A stretch of DNA of 40,000 bases from Methanolobus vulcani (GTDB lineage Archaea; Halobacteriota; Methanosarcinia; Methanosarcinales; Methanosarcinaceae). Position 1 is the stretch's first letter. Each line of letters begins with the position of its first letter. A model generated the notes under the pieces. That model was given only the letters and a program-made list of their open reading frames with translations. It was not told the DNA's origin and did not search any database. Position numbers and translations under genes: made by a program. Shown here in pieces: positions 8,848 through 17,126 of this stretch. Location: NCBI RefSeq assembly GCF_900100715.1, contig NZ_FNCA01000006.1, positions 152,058 through 192,057 on the forward strand, in the 5' to 3' direction.

Positions 8848-9403
8848 TACAATTTTTCTTGGAGTCCTTAACTAAAATCAAATAAATTTCTTTTCTAAAG
8901 GTAAATTCAATCTATTTTTGTGTTACGAAATAGAGTTTCCTATCATTTTATCTAAATAGAGATGCATAAAACTCTACGATAAAGAAATCTTCTTAAAGAG
9001 GTATTAAGTGGGGAGATATGTCTTATGGGGCAAATTTTTCCAATAATTCTTCAAAGTTTGCCCCATAAGTTCATGGTTCGATGAACCAATATTTGTCTTA
9101 TTCTGGTTTTTCATGCTTTATTTAATCTAAAATAATGCAAAAAAGAATAATAAGTCCAATTTCTGTCAATGTGCCTTTCATGGTTTGTTATCATTATTTA
9201 TCCATTCTGATACTTTGCATATAATGCAAAATATAAGATATTCTGGACAATCTTAAAGCACATGATCATGATCTCCAATTGTTATGTAGTTCTCTATTAT
9301 TTTTTTGGTATCTGTATAATGTTGGTAACATAGTGTATCACCAAGGTGATGATATCATAATTAGTTTTAAGAAGAGTGCTAAAAAAATTAATAAGAGAAT
9401 TGT

Positions 9404-9913
9404 TTATTCTCTTCTGGTAAATATGAATGCTAAACCAAGTATTGCAGCAATTGGTAGTGCGATTGTTGGAAATTCAGGTACTGCGCAGACATCCCTTGAT
9501 GCAGAAGCATAACAGGTTGCTGAACTTGTTCCTGTATAGATCTTCACTTCATAGACAGCTCCAACAGGAGCATTTGAATCAAGCTTTAGTGTGATAACGC
9601 CGACATCATCATATTCTGGATATGTTGTTGGTGTAAAATTGTGAGTAAAAGTGATGTTGATATCGTTCACTGATCCTCCACCTGTTACGTCCAGTATATC
9701 ATATCCATATGGAGTTGTTAACCCCATTGCAGAACTTGTCAGTTTTTCTGCATGATAACTCAAAATAACAGAACTTCCTGGCAACAGGTTAATGGGATTT
9801 GGTGCAAGTCCACTTGCTGTTTCATCATATATTCTTCCTGTATGGGTCAAGCTCGCATCAGCCAGTCCGGTGCAAATTGCTAAAGCTAACGCTAAAATTA
9901 TTAGTTTTTTCAT
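9404..9913 (-). CDS. Secreted protein with PEF-CTERM archaeosortase sorting signal
   Basis: N-terminal signal peptide MKKLIILALALAICTGLADA. The C-terminus PEFPTIALPIAAILGLAFIFTRRE is a PEF motif plus TM helix plus basic tail. Confidence 0.7.
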   Translation of the reverse strand: MKKLIILALALAICTGLADASLTHTGRIYDETASGLAPNPINLLPGSSVILSYHAEKLTSSAMGLTTPYGYDILDVTGGGSVNDINITFTHNFTPTTYPEYDDVGVITLKLDSNAPVGAVYEVKIYTGTSSATCYASASRDVCAVPEFPTIALPIAAILGLAFIFTRRE

Positions 9914-10256
9914 TGTTTACCCCCTGATATCTAATTTTTATTTGGTTTTTTCCCAAATGACTAAACATATGTTTCAAAGATATTTATCTTTTTTCACTTG
10001 CAAATTATTTATTCATAGAAAACTAAATATACATATAAATATCAGATATTTTCAGTGGCAATGGAGAATTAATACATTTTCACGAACGATAACTGTTTAT
10101 ATAATGATGCTATCATTCGAGCAATTATAAATACAGAATTTACGGTTTTACTTGTGGAATAAATGTCACAATTCGACTTACAAGACAATTTGTTTTCTTT
10201 GTAATTTTGTTCTGATATCATATTCACCGGGTTTTACATAGTAACTCGAGGTTCAC

Positions 10257-11765
10257 ATGTCATTCGATGATCTTAATCTGATTTACCCGCTACAGCGCGC
10301 ATTAAAAGAGGAAGGGTACACAACCCCTACACCCATACAGCAGCAGTCCATACCACATCTTCTTGGTGGAAAGGACATGATAGGTATTGCCCAGACAGGT
10401 ACTGGCAAAACCGCTTCTTTCATATTACCAATCCTGCACAACATGTCAGGTGCTCACAAAAAGACACGACGGGGAAGTCCACGTGTACTGGTGCTGGCAC
10501 CAACAAGAGAACTTGCAGCCCAGATAGGGGACAGTTTCTCAACATACGGAAAATACACTCAGTTCAAACACACGGTCATTTTTGGTGGTGTAGGTCAGAG
10601 CCCCCAGGTCAGAGCGATCTCAAAGGGTGTAGATTCGCTTATAGCAACACCTGGCCGCTTACTTGATCTGGTGGATCAGGGACATATAGATCTCTCTGGA
10701 GTCGAGTATTTCGTGCTTGATGAAGCAGACAGGATGCTTGATATGGGATTTGTCAAAGATGTCTATAAAATAGTTGAAATGCTGCCATACAAGAGACAGT
10801 CACTTTTCTTCTCAGCAACTATGTCTCATGATGTTTCAAAGCTTGCAAAGAAAATGCTGACAAATCCAGTAACTGTTGAAGTCACTCCTCAGGCAACGAC
10901 TGTAGAACTAATAGACCAGTTCATATTCTTTGTAGACTCGGAGAACAAGAACGAGTTGATACTTCAGCTTCTCAGAAGCAAACATCTGGAATGTGTCCTG
11001 ATCTTCGCCAGAACAAAACACAGGGCTAACAAAGTCGCTCAAATGCTTAACAAGAACAAGATCCCTGCTGATGCTATTCATGGAAACAAGTCCCAGACAC
11101 ACAGGACAAAAGCCCTCCAGGACTTCAGGTCAGGACAGCTTCGTGTACTGGTGGCAACAGATATAGCAGCCCGTGGAATTGATATTGATGACATTTCCCA
11201 CGTTATCAACTACGACCTGCCAAACATTCCTGAAAGCTATGTCCACCGCATTGGCCGTACAGCAAGAGCAGGGGCCGATGGAACAGCATTCTCATTTTGT
11301 GCTGCTGATGAGCGTGATTTCCTCCGTGAGATAGAGAAACTCATCAGAATGGAAATAGAAGTTGCAGAACATGACTATCATTCTGAGAAGGCAAAGAACG
11401 CCACCGGTGCCGATGCCAAACCTGCACCAAGGCAGCAGGGCAGGCCAAGAGGAAGTTCAGGTCATAAGAGAGGCCAGGGCAGAGGCAAAAAAGGAGAAGA
11501 CAAGGGCAGGAAAAGCGGCAGGAATAGCAGTAGTAGTGCCCGAAGTAATGGGAACAGCGGAAATAAGGGGACCAGTTCAGGTAATGATTCCGGTGCAAAG
11601 AGATCTACTAAGACCGGTGCAGGTAGTAGCAAGCCAAAAAGGAACATGAAAGCAAAGTCAATCCAATCCCACAATTCAAGGAGCAAGAGTTCTTCCACCC
11701 GAAATGATTCAGGTCCGGGAAAGAAAAAGAGCGGTGCACCTTCCAAATTTGGAAACAGAAGATAA
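10257..11765 (+). CDS. DEAD-box ATP-dependent RNA helicase with long basic low-complexity C-terminal tail
   Basis: Q motif GYTTPTPIQ, then AQTGTGKT, PTRELA, VLDEAD, SAT and HRIGRTARAG. Residues ~375-502 are rich in K/R/S/G/N. Confidence 0.9.
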   Translation: MSFDDLNLIYPLQRALKEEGYTTPTPIQQQSIPHLLGGKDMIGIAQTGTGKTASFILPILHNMSGAHKKTRRGSPRVLVLAPTRELAAQIGDSFSTYGKYTQFKHTVIFGGVGQSPQVRAISKGVDSLIATPGRLLDLVDQGHIDLSGVEYFVLDEADRMLDMGFVKDVYKIVEMLPYKRQSLFFSATMSHDVSKLAKKMLTNPVTVEVTPQATTVELIDQFIFFVDSENKNELILQLLRSKHLECVLIFARTKHRANKVAQMLNKNKIPADAIHGNKSQTHRTKALQDFRSGQLRVLVATDIAARGIDIDDISHVINYDLPNIPESYVHRIGRTARAGADGTAFSFCAADERDFLREIEKLIRMEIEVAEHDYHSEKAKNATGADAKPAPRQQGRPRGSSGHKRGQGRGKKGEDKGRKSGRNSSSSARSNGNSGNKGTSSGNDSGAKRSTKTGAGSSKPKRNMKAKSIQSHNSRSKSSSTRNDSGPGKKKSGAPSKFGNRR

Positions 11766-11769
11766 CCTT

Positions 11770-11797
11770 AGAACAGATTACATCCCTGTTCTTTTTT
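11770..11797 (+). terminator. Hairpin plus T-run downstream of the helicase gene
   Basis: AGAACAG-N9-CTGTTCT followed by TTTTTT, starting 5 nt after the stop codon. Confidence 0.55.
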
Positions 11798-11927
11798 AGT
11801 GGTAAGAAGTTCATAATGATCTCTGTGAACCGAAAACGCTAATATCTGCTACTGACTTTATACTGTCTCATCAGACTGTGATAAATGCAGTCCTGCAATG
11901 AATACTAAAAAACGCAAGTGACCTTAA

Positions 11928-12284
11928 ATGAAATATATTCTCCAGTTTGCCATCATCCTTGCAATCTGCTATCTTGGCGACCTGATCCACAGTTTCTTTC
12001 ACATCCCAGTTCCCGGAAATGTTCTGGGAATGGTCTTGCTTCTGGTACTTTTGCTTTCAGGTGTTGTCAAGCTCTCAATGATAGAGGATGTGAGCAATTT
12101 TCTGCTGAAACATCTGTCATTTTTCTTCATCCCGGCAGCAGTGGGGCTTATTACCTGCTTCACGGTGCTTGAAGGAAAGTGGACTGCGCTTTTTATAATT
12201 TCCGTTGTCTCAACATTTATCATTGCAGTTGTTACAGGTGCAACGGTACAGCTACTTATCAAAAGGAGGCAGTCCGTTGAGTGA
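11928..12284 (+). CDS. lrgA: CidA/LrgA family holin-like membrane protein
   Basis: 118 aa with 4 predicted TM segments. The sequence is typical of LrgA (HIPVPGNVLGMVLLLVLL...FFFIPAAVG). Confidence 0.8.
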   Translation: MKYILQFAIILAICYLGDLIHSFFHIPVPGNVLGMVLLLVLLLSGVVKLSMIEDVSNFLLKHLSFFFIPAAVGLITCFTVLEGKWTALFIISVVSTFIIAVVTGATVQLLIKRRQSVE

Positions 12285-12981
12285 GTTTATATCACAGATT
12301 GTGCAGTCTCCTGTATTTGGCATCGGAATTTCTCTGGTGACATTCTACGCAGGTGCCCAGCTCTACAAAAAGACAGGCTCACCCCTGATGAACCCGCTGG
12401 TTCTCAGCATGTTTATGATAATAGCTCTGCTTCTGAGTTTTCACATCAGTTTTGATGACTATAATAATGGCGGACAGTTCATATCATTCTTCCTTGGGCC
12501 TGCAACTGTTATTCTTGCTGTTCCATTGTACCGGAAGATAAGCCTGCTGAAGGAGAATGTGGTTCCGATAATTGCCGGAATAAGCATTGGTTCTGCAGCA
12601 GGTATTGCCAGCATCATCGTTATGTGCAAGATGTTCGGACTTGATGAGATACTCAGTGTTTCCATGATCCCAAAATCTGTTACAACACCGATTGGAATTG
12701 AAATATCCAACCAGCTTGGTGGGTTGCCTTCCGTAACAGTAGCTGCAATAGTTTTCACAGGTATTGCAGGTGTGTTGCTCGGACCAATGGTATGTAAATT
12801 GTTCAAAATTGAAGATAAAGTGGCTCTTGGTGTGGCTATCGGTACTTCGTCCCATGCTCTTGGAACCACAAAGGCTGTTGAGATTGGTGAGACCGAAGGT
12901 GCAATGAGTGGGCTTGCGATCGGAATTGCAGGATTGGTAACTGTGTTCCTGGCTCCTCTGCTGGCAAAACTACTGTTGTAG
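12277..12981 (+). CDS. lrgB: LrgB/CidB family membrane protein
   Basis: The track ORF is 12205..12981. A TTG at 12277 overlaps the lrgA stop and has AAAGGAGG ~9 nt upstream. LrgB-like motifs are present: PKSVTTPIG and GTSSHALGTTKA. Confidence 0.8.
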   Translation: MSEFISQIVQSPVFGIGISLVTFYAGAQLYKKTGSPLMNPLVLSMFMIIALLLSFHISFDDYNNGGQFISFFLGPATVILAVPLYRKISLLKENVVPIIAGISIGSAAGIASIIVMCKMFGLDEILSVSMIPKSVTTPIGIEISNQLGGLPSVTVAAIVFTGIAGVLLGPMVCKLFKIEDKVALGVAIGTSSHALGTTKAVEIGETEGAMSGLAIGIAGLVTVFLAPLLAKLLL

Positions 12982-13107
12982 TGGTCGTTATTGTTATTAT
13001 TGTTGCTATAATTTCTGCCATAATTGTCACCATATTAGCCGCCATATTTGCAGTAGATGGAAACGATTATCTTTTGAGCAATGCTATATTTAAACCGGGT
13101 AATTCCT

Positions 13108-13335
13108 ATGATTCTTATTCAAAGAAGATATCAGGATGATGTTGAGCAGATAAGTGAGGCAGATGTTGATCGTGTTAAGCTGAATCTTGGCATAACGAGG
13201 AAAGTCTGCTGCGGTGGCAGGGAGAAGAAAGATTATGACCTTGGCTGGATCGAGAATCCAAAGGACATGAAAATAACCACTGTTAAGGATTATGAGATCA
13301 GGGACAGGGTGCTTGAGGTGTGGATCGAACCTTGA
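13108..13335 (+). CDS. Hypothetical small protein (75 aa)
   Basis: The track ORF is 13081..13335. An internal ATG at 13108 sits ~20 nt downstream of the TATA-like CTATATTTAAA, so it could be leaderless. Coding-like GC; no family recognised. Confidence 0.3.
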   Translation: MILIQRRYQDDVEQISEADVDRVKLNLGITRKVCCGGREKKDYDLGWIENPKDMKITTVKDYEIRDRVLEVWIEP

Positions 13336-13450
13336 GGCAGTTAAGTTTCCCTTATTAAATCTTTATCTTATCTCTGGATCATTTTAACTTTCAAAAAGTG
13401 AATGACCAGAATAATGCTGGTCACAAACATCTTAAAATCAAAAGGAATCG

Positions 13451-13735
13451 TCAATCTTTGTTAAAACTTATTTTGTTCTCTGTCATGAATTTCATGCAGG
13501 CTTCTGATTCCATAACAGGGAAGCTGTCAAAGTAACAAATATCTCTCCAGGGAAATGTTCCTGCTGCAAAAGCTTCGGCATTTTCTGCATCATAGATCAA
13601 GATGTGACGGCAGGAAGTCAGATCTTCCCATTCACTGATAACTTTCAGTCCTTTCGGATATTCCCATTTTGCAAATCTGTCCAGCATTTCAGCTGTGTCT
13701 TTAGGTTCCCATGTAATTATATCCATGAAAAGCAT
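13451..13735 (-). CDS. Small cytoplasmic protein, DUF3303-like
   Basis: 94 aa starting MLFMDIITWEPKD...FAKWEYPKGLKVISEW. This resembles DUF3303 family members from memory. Confidence 0.45.
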   Translation of the reverse strand: MLFMDIITWEPKDTAEMLDRFAKWEYPKGLKVISEWEDLTSCRHILIYDAENAEAFAAGTFPWRDICYFDSFPVMESEACMKFMTENKISFNKD

Positions 13736-13782
13736 TTCTTTTCCACTCCTCCTTTATTCAATTTCATTTTCCGGCTATTCAA

Positions 13783-13814
13783 AAATAAATAAATAAATAA
13801 ATAAATAAATAAAT
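13783..13814. repeat. (AAAT)8 tetranucleotide microsatellite
   Basis: Eight perfect units read directly, 48-79 nt upstream of the minus-strand start at 13735. Confidence 0.95.
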
Positions 13815-13978
13815 TACAGGCCGGAATATTACTTTCATTATAGAATTGATTTTAAAAAATCATATTTTTTTTGAATCAAAGATACTTAACATAATTCCTG
13901 ATTTTAAAAGCAATATCAGGTTGAAAAAGTATGAATCAAATCGAACATAAAAAAAGAAAAATGAAATTTTAGTACTTC

Positions 13979-14272
13979 TCACTCAATTTCTACTTCAAGT
14001 CCACCGACAATTCCGGTGATGACATTGAAGATAAGAGCTACGATAATACCACCAATGAATCCGATGATACCATAGAATATTGGCATTGTTATTATTGAGC
14101 CCATGCCGAACAATACGCCTCCGGCAAAGCCAATTTTTCCGAACATGGAACCCATTATGATATATGAAAGGCTCATCAATGCTCCTATTATAAGTCCCAG
14201 TATTGCATATACAGCACCAAGGATCTTCCCAAGAGAGATTACCCCAACTTTGTTGATATATTGTGTTGTCAT
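13979..14272 (-). CDS. Small Gly-rich integral membrane protein
   Basis: 97 aa with three hydrophobic G/I-rich segments (ILGAVYAILGLIIGALM, GVLFGMGSIITMPIFYGIIGFIGGIIVALIF). Confidence 0.5.
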   Translation of the reverse strand: MTTQYINKVGVISLGKILGAVYAILGLIIGALMSLSYIIMGSMFGKIGFAGGVLFGMGSIITMPIFYGIIGFIGGIIVALIFNVITGIVGGLEVEIE

Positions 14273-14418
14273 AGAACAATCATCACCATGTTATTTTAGA
14301 ATTAATTGAGTTTATATGAAATACGCTTGCAATGATTTTCGTATTTTTGTAAGAACAGAGCTCAAATGAGATAAAAAATGAGATATATTACTCATTTTCT
14401 ATCATTCGATCAATTTTA

Positions 14419-14559
14419 TTAAATTGTATGATTGTACAGAAGATCCGCACTTGTCATGCATCCGCAGTTGGAACAATAATAAACGATGTTCATTCCAAGC
14501 TTCTGCCTCTTTAGCATGTTATTACACTTCTTACAGGATTTTCCCGGTTGGTTGTCCAT
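14419..14559 (-). CDS. Zinc-ribbon mini-protein (46 aa), below the ORF-track size cutoff
   Basis: My translation: MDNQPGKSCKKCNNMLKRQKLGMNIVYYCSNCGCMTSADLLYNHTI. It has two CxxC pairs and GAAGGAGGA 7 nt upstream. Its ATG directly follows the TGA of the upstream mini-ORF. Confidence 0.5.
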   Translation of the reverse strand: MDNQPGKSCKKCNNMLKRQKLGMNIVYYCSNCGCMTSADLLYNHTI

Positions 14560-14718
14560 TCAGAGTCCTCCTTCACTTAGTGCTTCGTATAACATCATTG
14601 AGTCCATTCTTGCGGTGTTCTCCCTTGTCCAGTAACCACATGTTTTACAAACCTGTAATCCACTTGACAATTTATGAAAATCTCCATGGCATTCAGGACA
14701 CATTTTTAAAGATCCCAT
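14560..14718 (-). CDS. Zinc-ribbon mini-protein (52 aa; alternative start at 14703 gives 47 aa), below the ORF-track size cutoff
   Basis: My translation: MGSLKMCPECHGDFHKLSSGLQVCKTCGYWTRENTARMDSMMLYEALSEGGL. CPEC...CKTC forms the zinc ribbon. GGGAG lies upstream and a TATA-like TATATAGTA lies ~30 nt upstream. Confidence 0.5.
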   Translation of the reverse strand: MGSLKMCPECHGDFHKLSSGLQVCKTCGYWTRENTARMDSMMLYEALSEGGL

Positions 14719-15093
14719 TTTTATAACTCCCTTATCTTCCTATTACTATATATTTTACAATTTGAGCCACATCGCTCTCAGTTAGTGTAACTTCTATTAC
14801 AGGCCGAGCCATTCCCTTTTACTCGCCTGATTTCAAATTTGAGCCATATGGCACATCCCACTTCCTTATATATTTGTGTTAATGGTATTTAAGGTATTTT
14901 AAATATTATTTTTTTTATATTTGGGAGTTAAGAACTCTTCCCATATCTCTCTTATTAAATACAATTTAATTATATATGCTATATAATTATTTTGATGGAA
15001 AAAAAGATTGGCTTGTAGAAAGGCGATTGAAGACTTTATATTATCAACTATTTCTACATGACCTAAAAATATTTTAATTATTTTGATTGTTTA

Positions 15094-16350
15094 TTATGCG
15101 TTGCATGATTCGTAATTGCCACTGCATACGATGTAGTATTTGCCATCGTTTCCTGTGGCTAACTGATAGTAAGTTATCTTGTAGTACAAATTAGCATGTG
15201 CGGGATTGGTATATACGTACTCTACCCATCCATTGCCATTTTGCAGTGCTCCGGCAACGATCTCATCACGGAAGGCTTTTCCGGTAACATCTGTCTTGCC
15301 TTTGAAGTTTGTTCCTACAAGCTGAATGTTGTCAGCATGAGCAACCATTGTTACATTTGTATCATATACGAATGTGTAGAGTTCAGGATATTCCTGGTCT
15401 TTGTAAGGTGCTTCACCTGAGTTGATGCGCTGGATCGTATCGGAGGCGTTGTTTTCAATTGCAGAAACAGTTTTATTCACAAGTTCGACTACTTTTTCAT
15501 CGGAAAAGGTCTGCTGAGTACAACTGACTCCAAGATCCTTGTAGGCAATTCGTTCATATTCGCTGATCCCCTGCTTGTTTTTCCGGTCCTTAACCATATC
15601 CAGTGCCTGCTGGAAAGACTGGACTACCGGATCAGGTACATCTTTACTGAATGCATAGTAAGTTTCCTGACTCTGTAGTTCATAAACGACTATATAACTG
15701 TTGGAGTCGCCGGTTACTTTTTCGGTAAAGTATCTACCTGAAGCTTCAGGATATGCCCAGAGGTCGATGTCGCCATTATTCAACTTATCGATAAGTATCT
15801 CCACATCATTTTCTGTCACTATCTGACTCTGGTCCACACCAAGGTCAAGCAGGTACTGAATTGCAATATCGTCAGTGATGACTCCTATTCTATAGTTATT
15901 CAGATCTTCAGGATTATTGATCGTAATCCCGCTTTCAGTTCTTGCGAACAGGACTTTCCTGTTTGTATAGATAGGCCCGGCCCACTTGAACAGATTCTCA
16001 CGTTCAGGAGTCCTTGCCATGCTGAATAGAACGGTGTTATTTCCGTTAAGAACTGCCTGATAACCTTCCGTCCAGGTCACGAGTTGTACATCTTCCCGTG
16101 AAACCTTAGTTCCCATTTCTTCTGTCACTGCTTCCAGAAGGTCCACAGACATTCCCTGAACAGTTCCATTTTCCTGATAATTGTAGGGTGGAAGCTCTTC
16201 AGTGTAAAATGTCAGATCTGTTATTCCTATTGAATCACTTTGATCAGCAGACCCGCCTCCGTTATCCGAAAGACAACCAGCGCTCATGATCAGAGCACCG
16301 GCCAATGCTATGCTAAGAAAAAGATATGTATATCGTAATGAAAATGCCAT
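15094..16350 (-). CDS. Lipoprotein: family-3 solute-binding (PBPb-like) domain fused to a C-terminal Cache-like sensor domain
   Basis: Signal peptide plus lipobox (LIMSAGC). The middle region matches a family-3 SBP (LPPYNYQENGTVQGMSVDLLEAV...). The C-terminus is Cache-like (YTFVYDTNVTMVAHADNIQLVGTNFKGKTDVTGKAFRDEIV...GWVEYVY). Confidence 0.65.
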   Translation of the reverse strand: MAFSLRYTYLFLSIALAGALIMSAGCLSDNGGGSADQSDSIGITDLTFYTEELPPYNYQENGTVQGMSVDLLEAVTEEMGTKVSREDVQLVTWTEGYQAVLNGNNTVLFSMARTPERENLFKWAGPIYTNRKVLFARTESGITINNPEDLNNYRIGVITDDIAIQYLLDLGVDQSQIVTENDVEILIDKLNNGDIDLWAYPEASGRYFTEKVTGDSNSYIVVYELQSQETYYAFSKDVPDPVVQSFQQALDMVKDRKNKQGISEYERIAYKDLGVSCTQQTFSDEKVVELVNKTVSAIENNASDTIQRINSGEAPYKDQEYPELYTFVYDTNVTMVAHADNIQLVGTNFKGKTDVTGKAFRDEIVAGALQNGNGWVEYVYTNPAHANLYYKITYYQLATGNDGKYYIVCSGNYESCNA

Positions 16351-16491
16351 GTTTATTATAAACTTTCCCGATATATAAATAAATATTTGTTATGATGGAT
16401 ATTGATTTAGAGTAATTTATCATATCAGAAAAAAGATTCAAGAAAAACAGAGAAAACAGGTAATGTTGGTCACAAGGTGTTGAAGGTTATT

Positions 16492-16647
16492 ACGGGATCG
16501 GGTTTTATCCCGTCCTGAATTTCGCTTCATTTCAGCTATGCGTTGGTGAAACCGATTTAGGAATCTGGTTTTGCCACCTCCCGACTTTTGTTTCAACCAA
16601 ATCACGCGTAAATGAAGTTTTGTTACTGAACGGTTATTATTCCGTTC
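16492..16647. ncRNA. Candidate structured RNA / nested-helix element (strand and identity undetermined)
   Basis: Hairpin 16492-16513 has a 7-bp stem. Helix 16524-16532 pairs with 16610-16618 (8 WC pairs plus one G-T). It encloses helix 16540-16552/16590-16607 (13 bp with bulges), which in turn encloses a small hairpin at 16553-16568. Hairpin 16628-16647 has a 6-bp stem. GC is locally higher than in the flanks. Confidence 0.3.
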
Positions 16648-17126
16648 TAAACGCTGCCCCATTTTACAGCTTACTCCCTTATGACCAATTCTTATTATGT
16701 ACTTAATGGTATAAGCAACTGGCGGTCATATAACTGTGAATTATTTTATGAGAATAATTCAAAACTCAATGTCATCCCTCTTAATTTTAATTATGATTGG
16801 GAGGAGATGGGATTTTCTAAAAGTGATTTGCATTATATCATTTCAGAATGGTGATTCTGATAATCATTTGATATGAATACTTATGTAAAGGGTAGGCTGA
16901 AGATATAGAAATTTCAAGGAGCAGGTTTCAGGGAATCAAATAAAAAATTAGAGTAATGGAAATCTCAATTTTAATACTCCGATGGTGAGGAGGTTAAGAT
17001 GATAATTTTAAAATTCATAGAATTAGCTAAATACAAATAAAAAACTTAAAATGTAATAAGTTTATAAATAGTACTATTATTTTTACCACATAAGTAAAAG
17101 GAATCAAAATTAACGATTGGGTGCAT

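Noticed and set aside
11344-11814. Several 64-95 aa ORFs on both strands overlapping the 3' end of the helicase gene.
   Set aside because: They are shadows of the low-complexity K/R/S/G-coding tail. They encode compositionally biased peptides (runs of L/F/P), have no RBS, and are fully contained within a well-supported gene.
12836-13045. A 69-aa minus-strand ORF with a poly-Ile/Thr run downstream of lrgB.
   Set aside because: It is driven by a simple GTT/ATT-rich repeat at 12985-13040 and overlaps the lrgB 3' end. There is no start context.
16492-16647. C/D box sRNA on the minus strand, with GUGAUUU and CUGA adjacent to the terminal helix.
   Set aside because: The C box is degenerate (it lacks the second GA). 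The spacing is ~80 nt, and the interior is strongly base-paired, unlike guide regions of C/D sRNAs. It is kept only as an unclassified structured-RNA candidate.
16438-16662. The 74-aa minus-strand ORF overlapping the nested-helix element.
   Set aside because: The peptide is highly basic and low in complexity (RNNNRS, KQKSGGGKTR), with no RBS or TATA in a suitable position. The nucleotide-level nested complementarity explains the sequence better than coding does.
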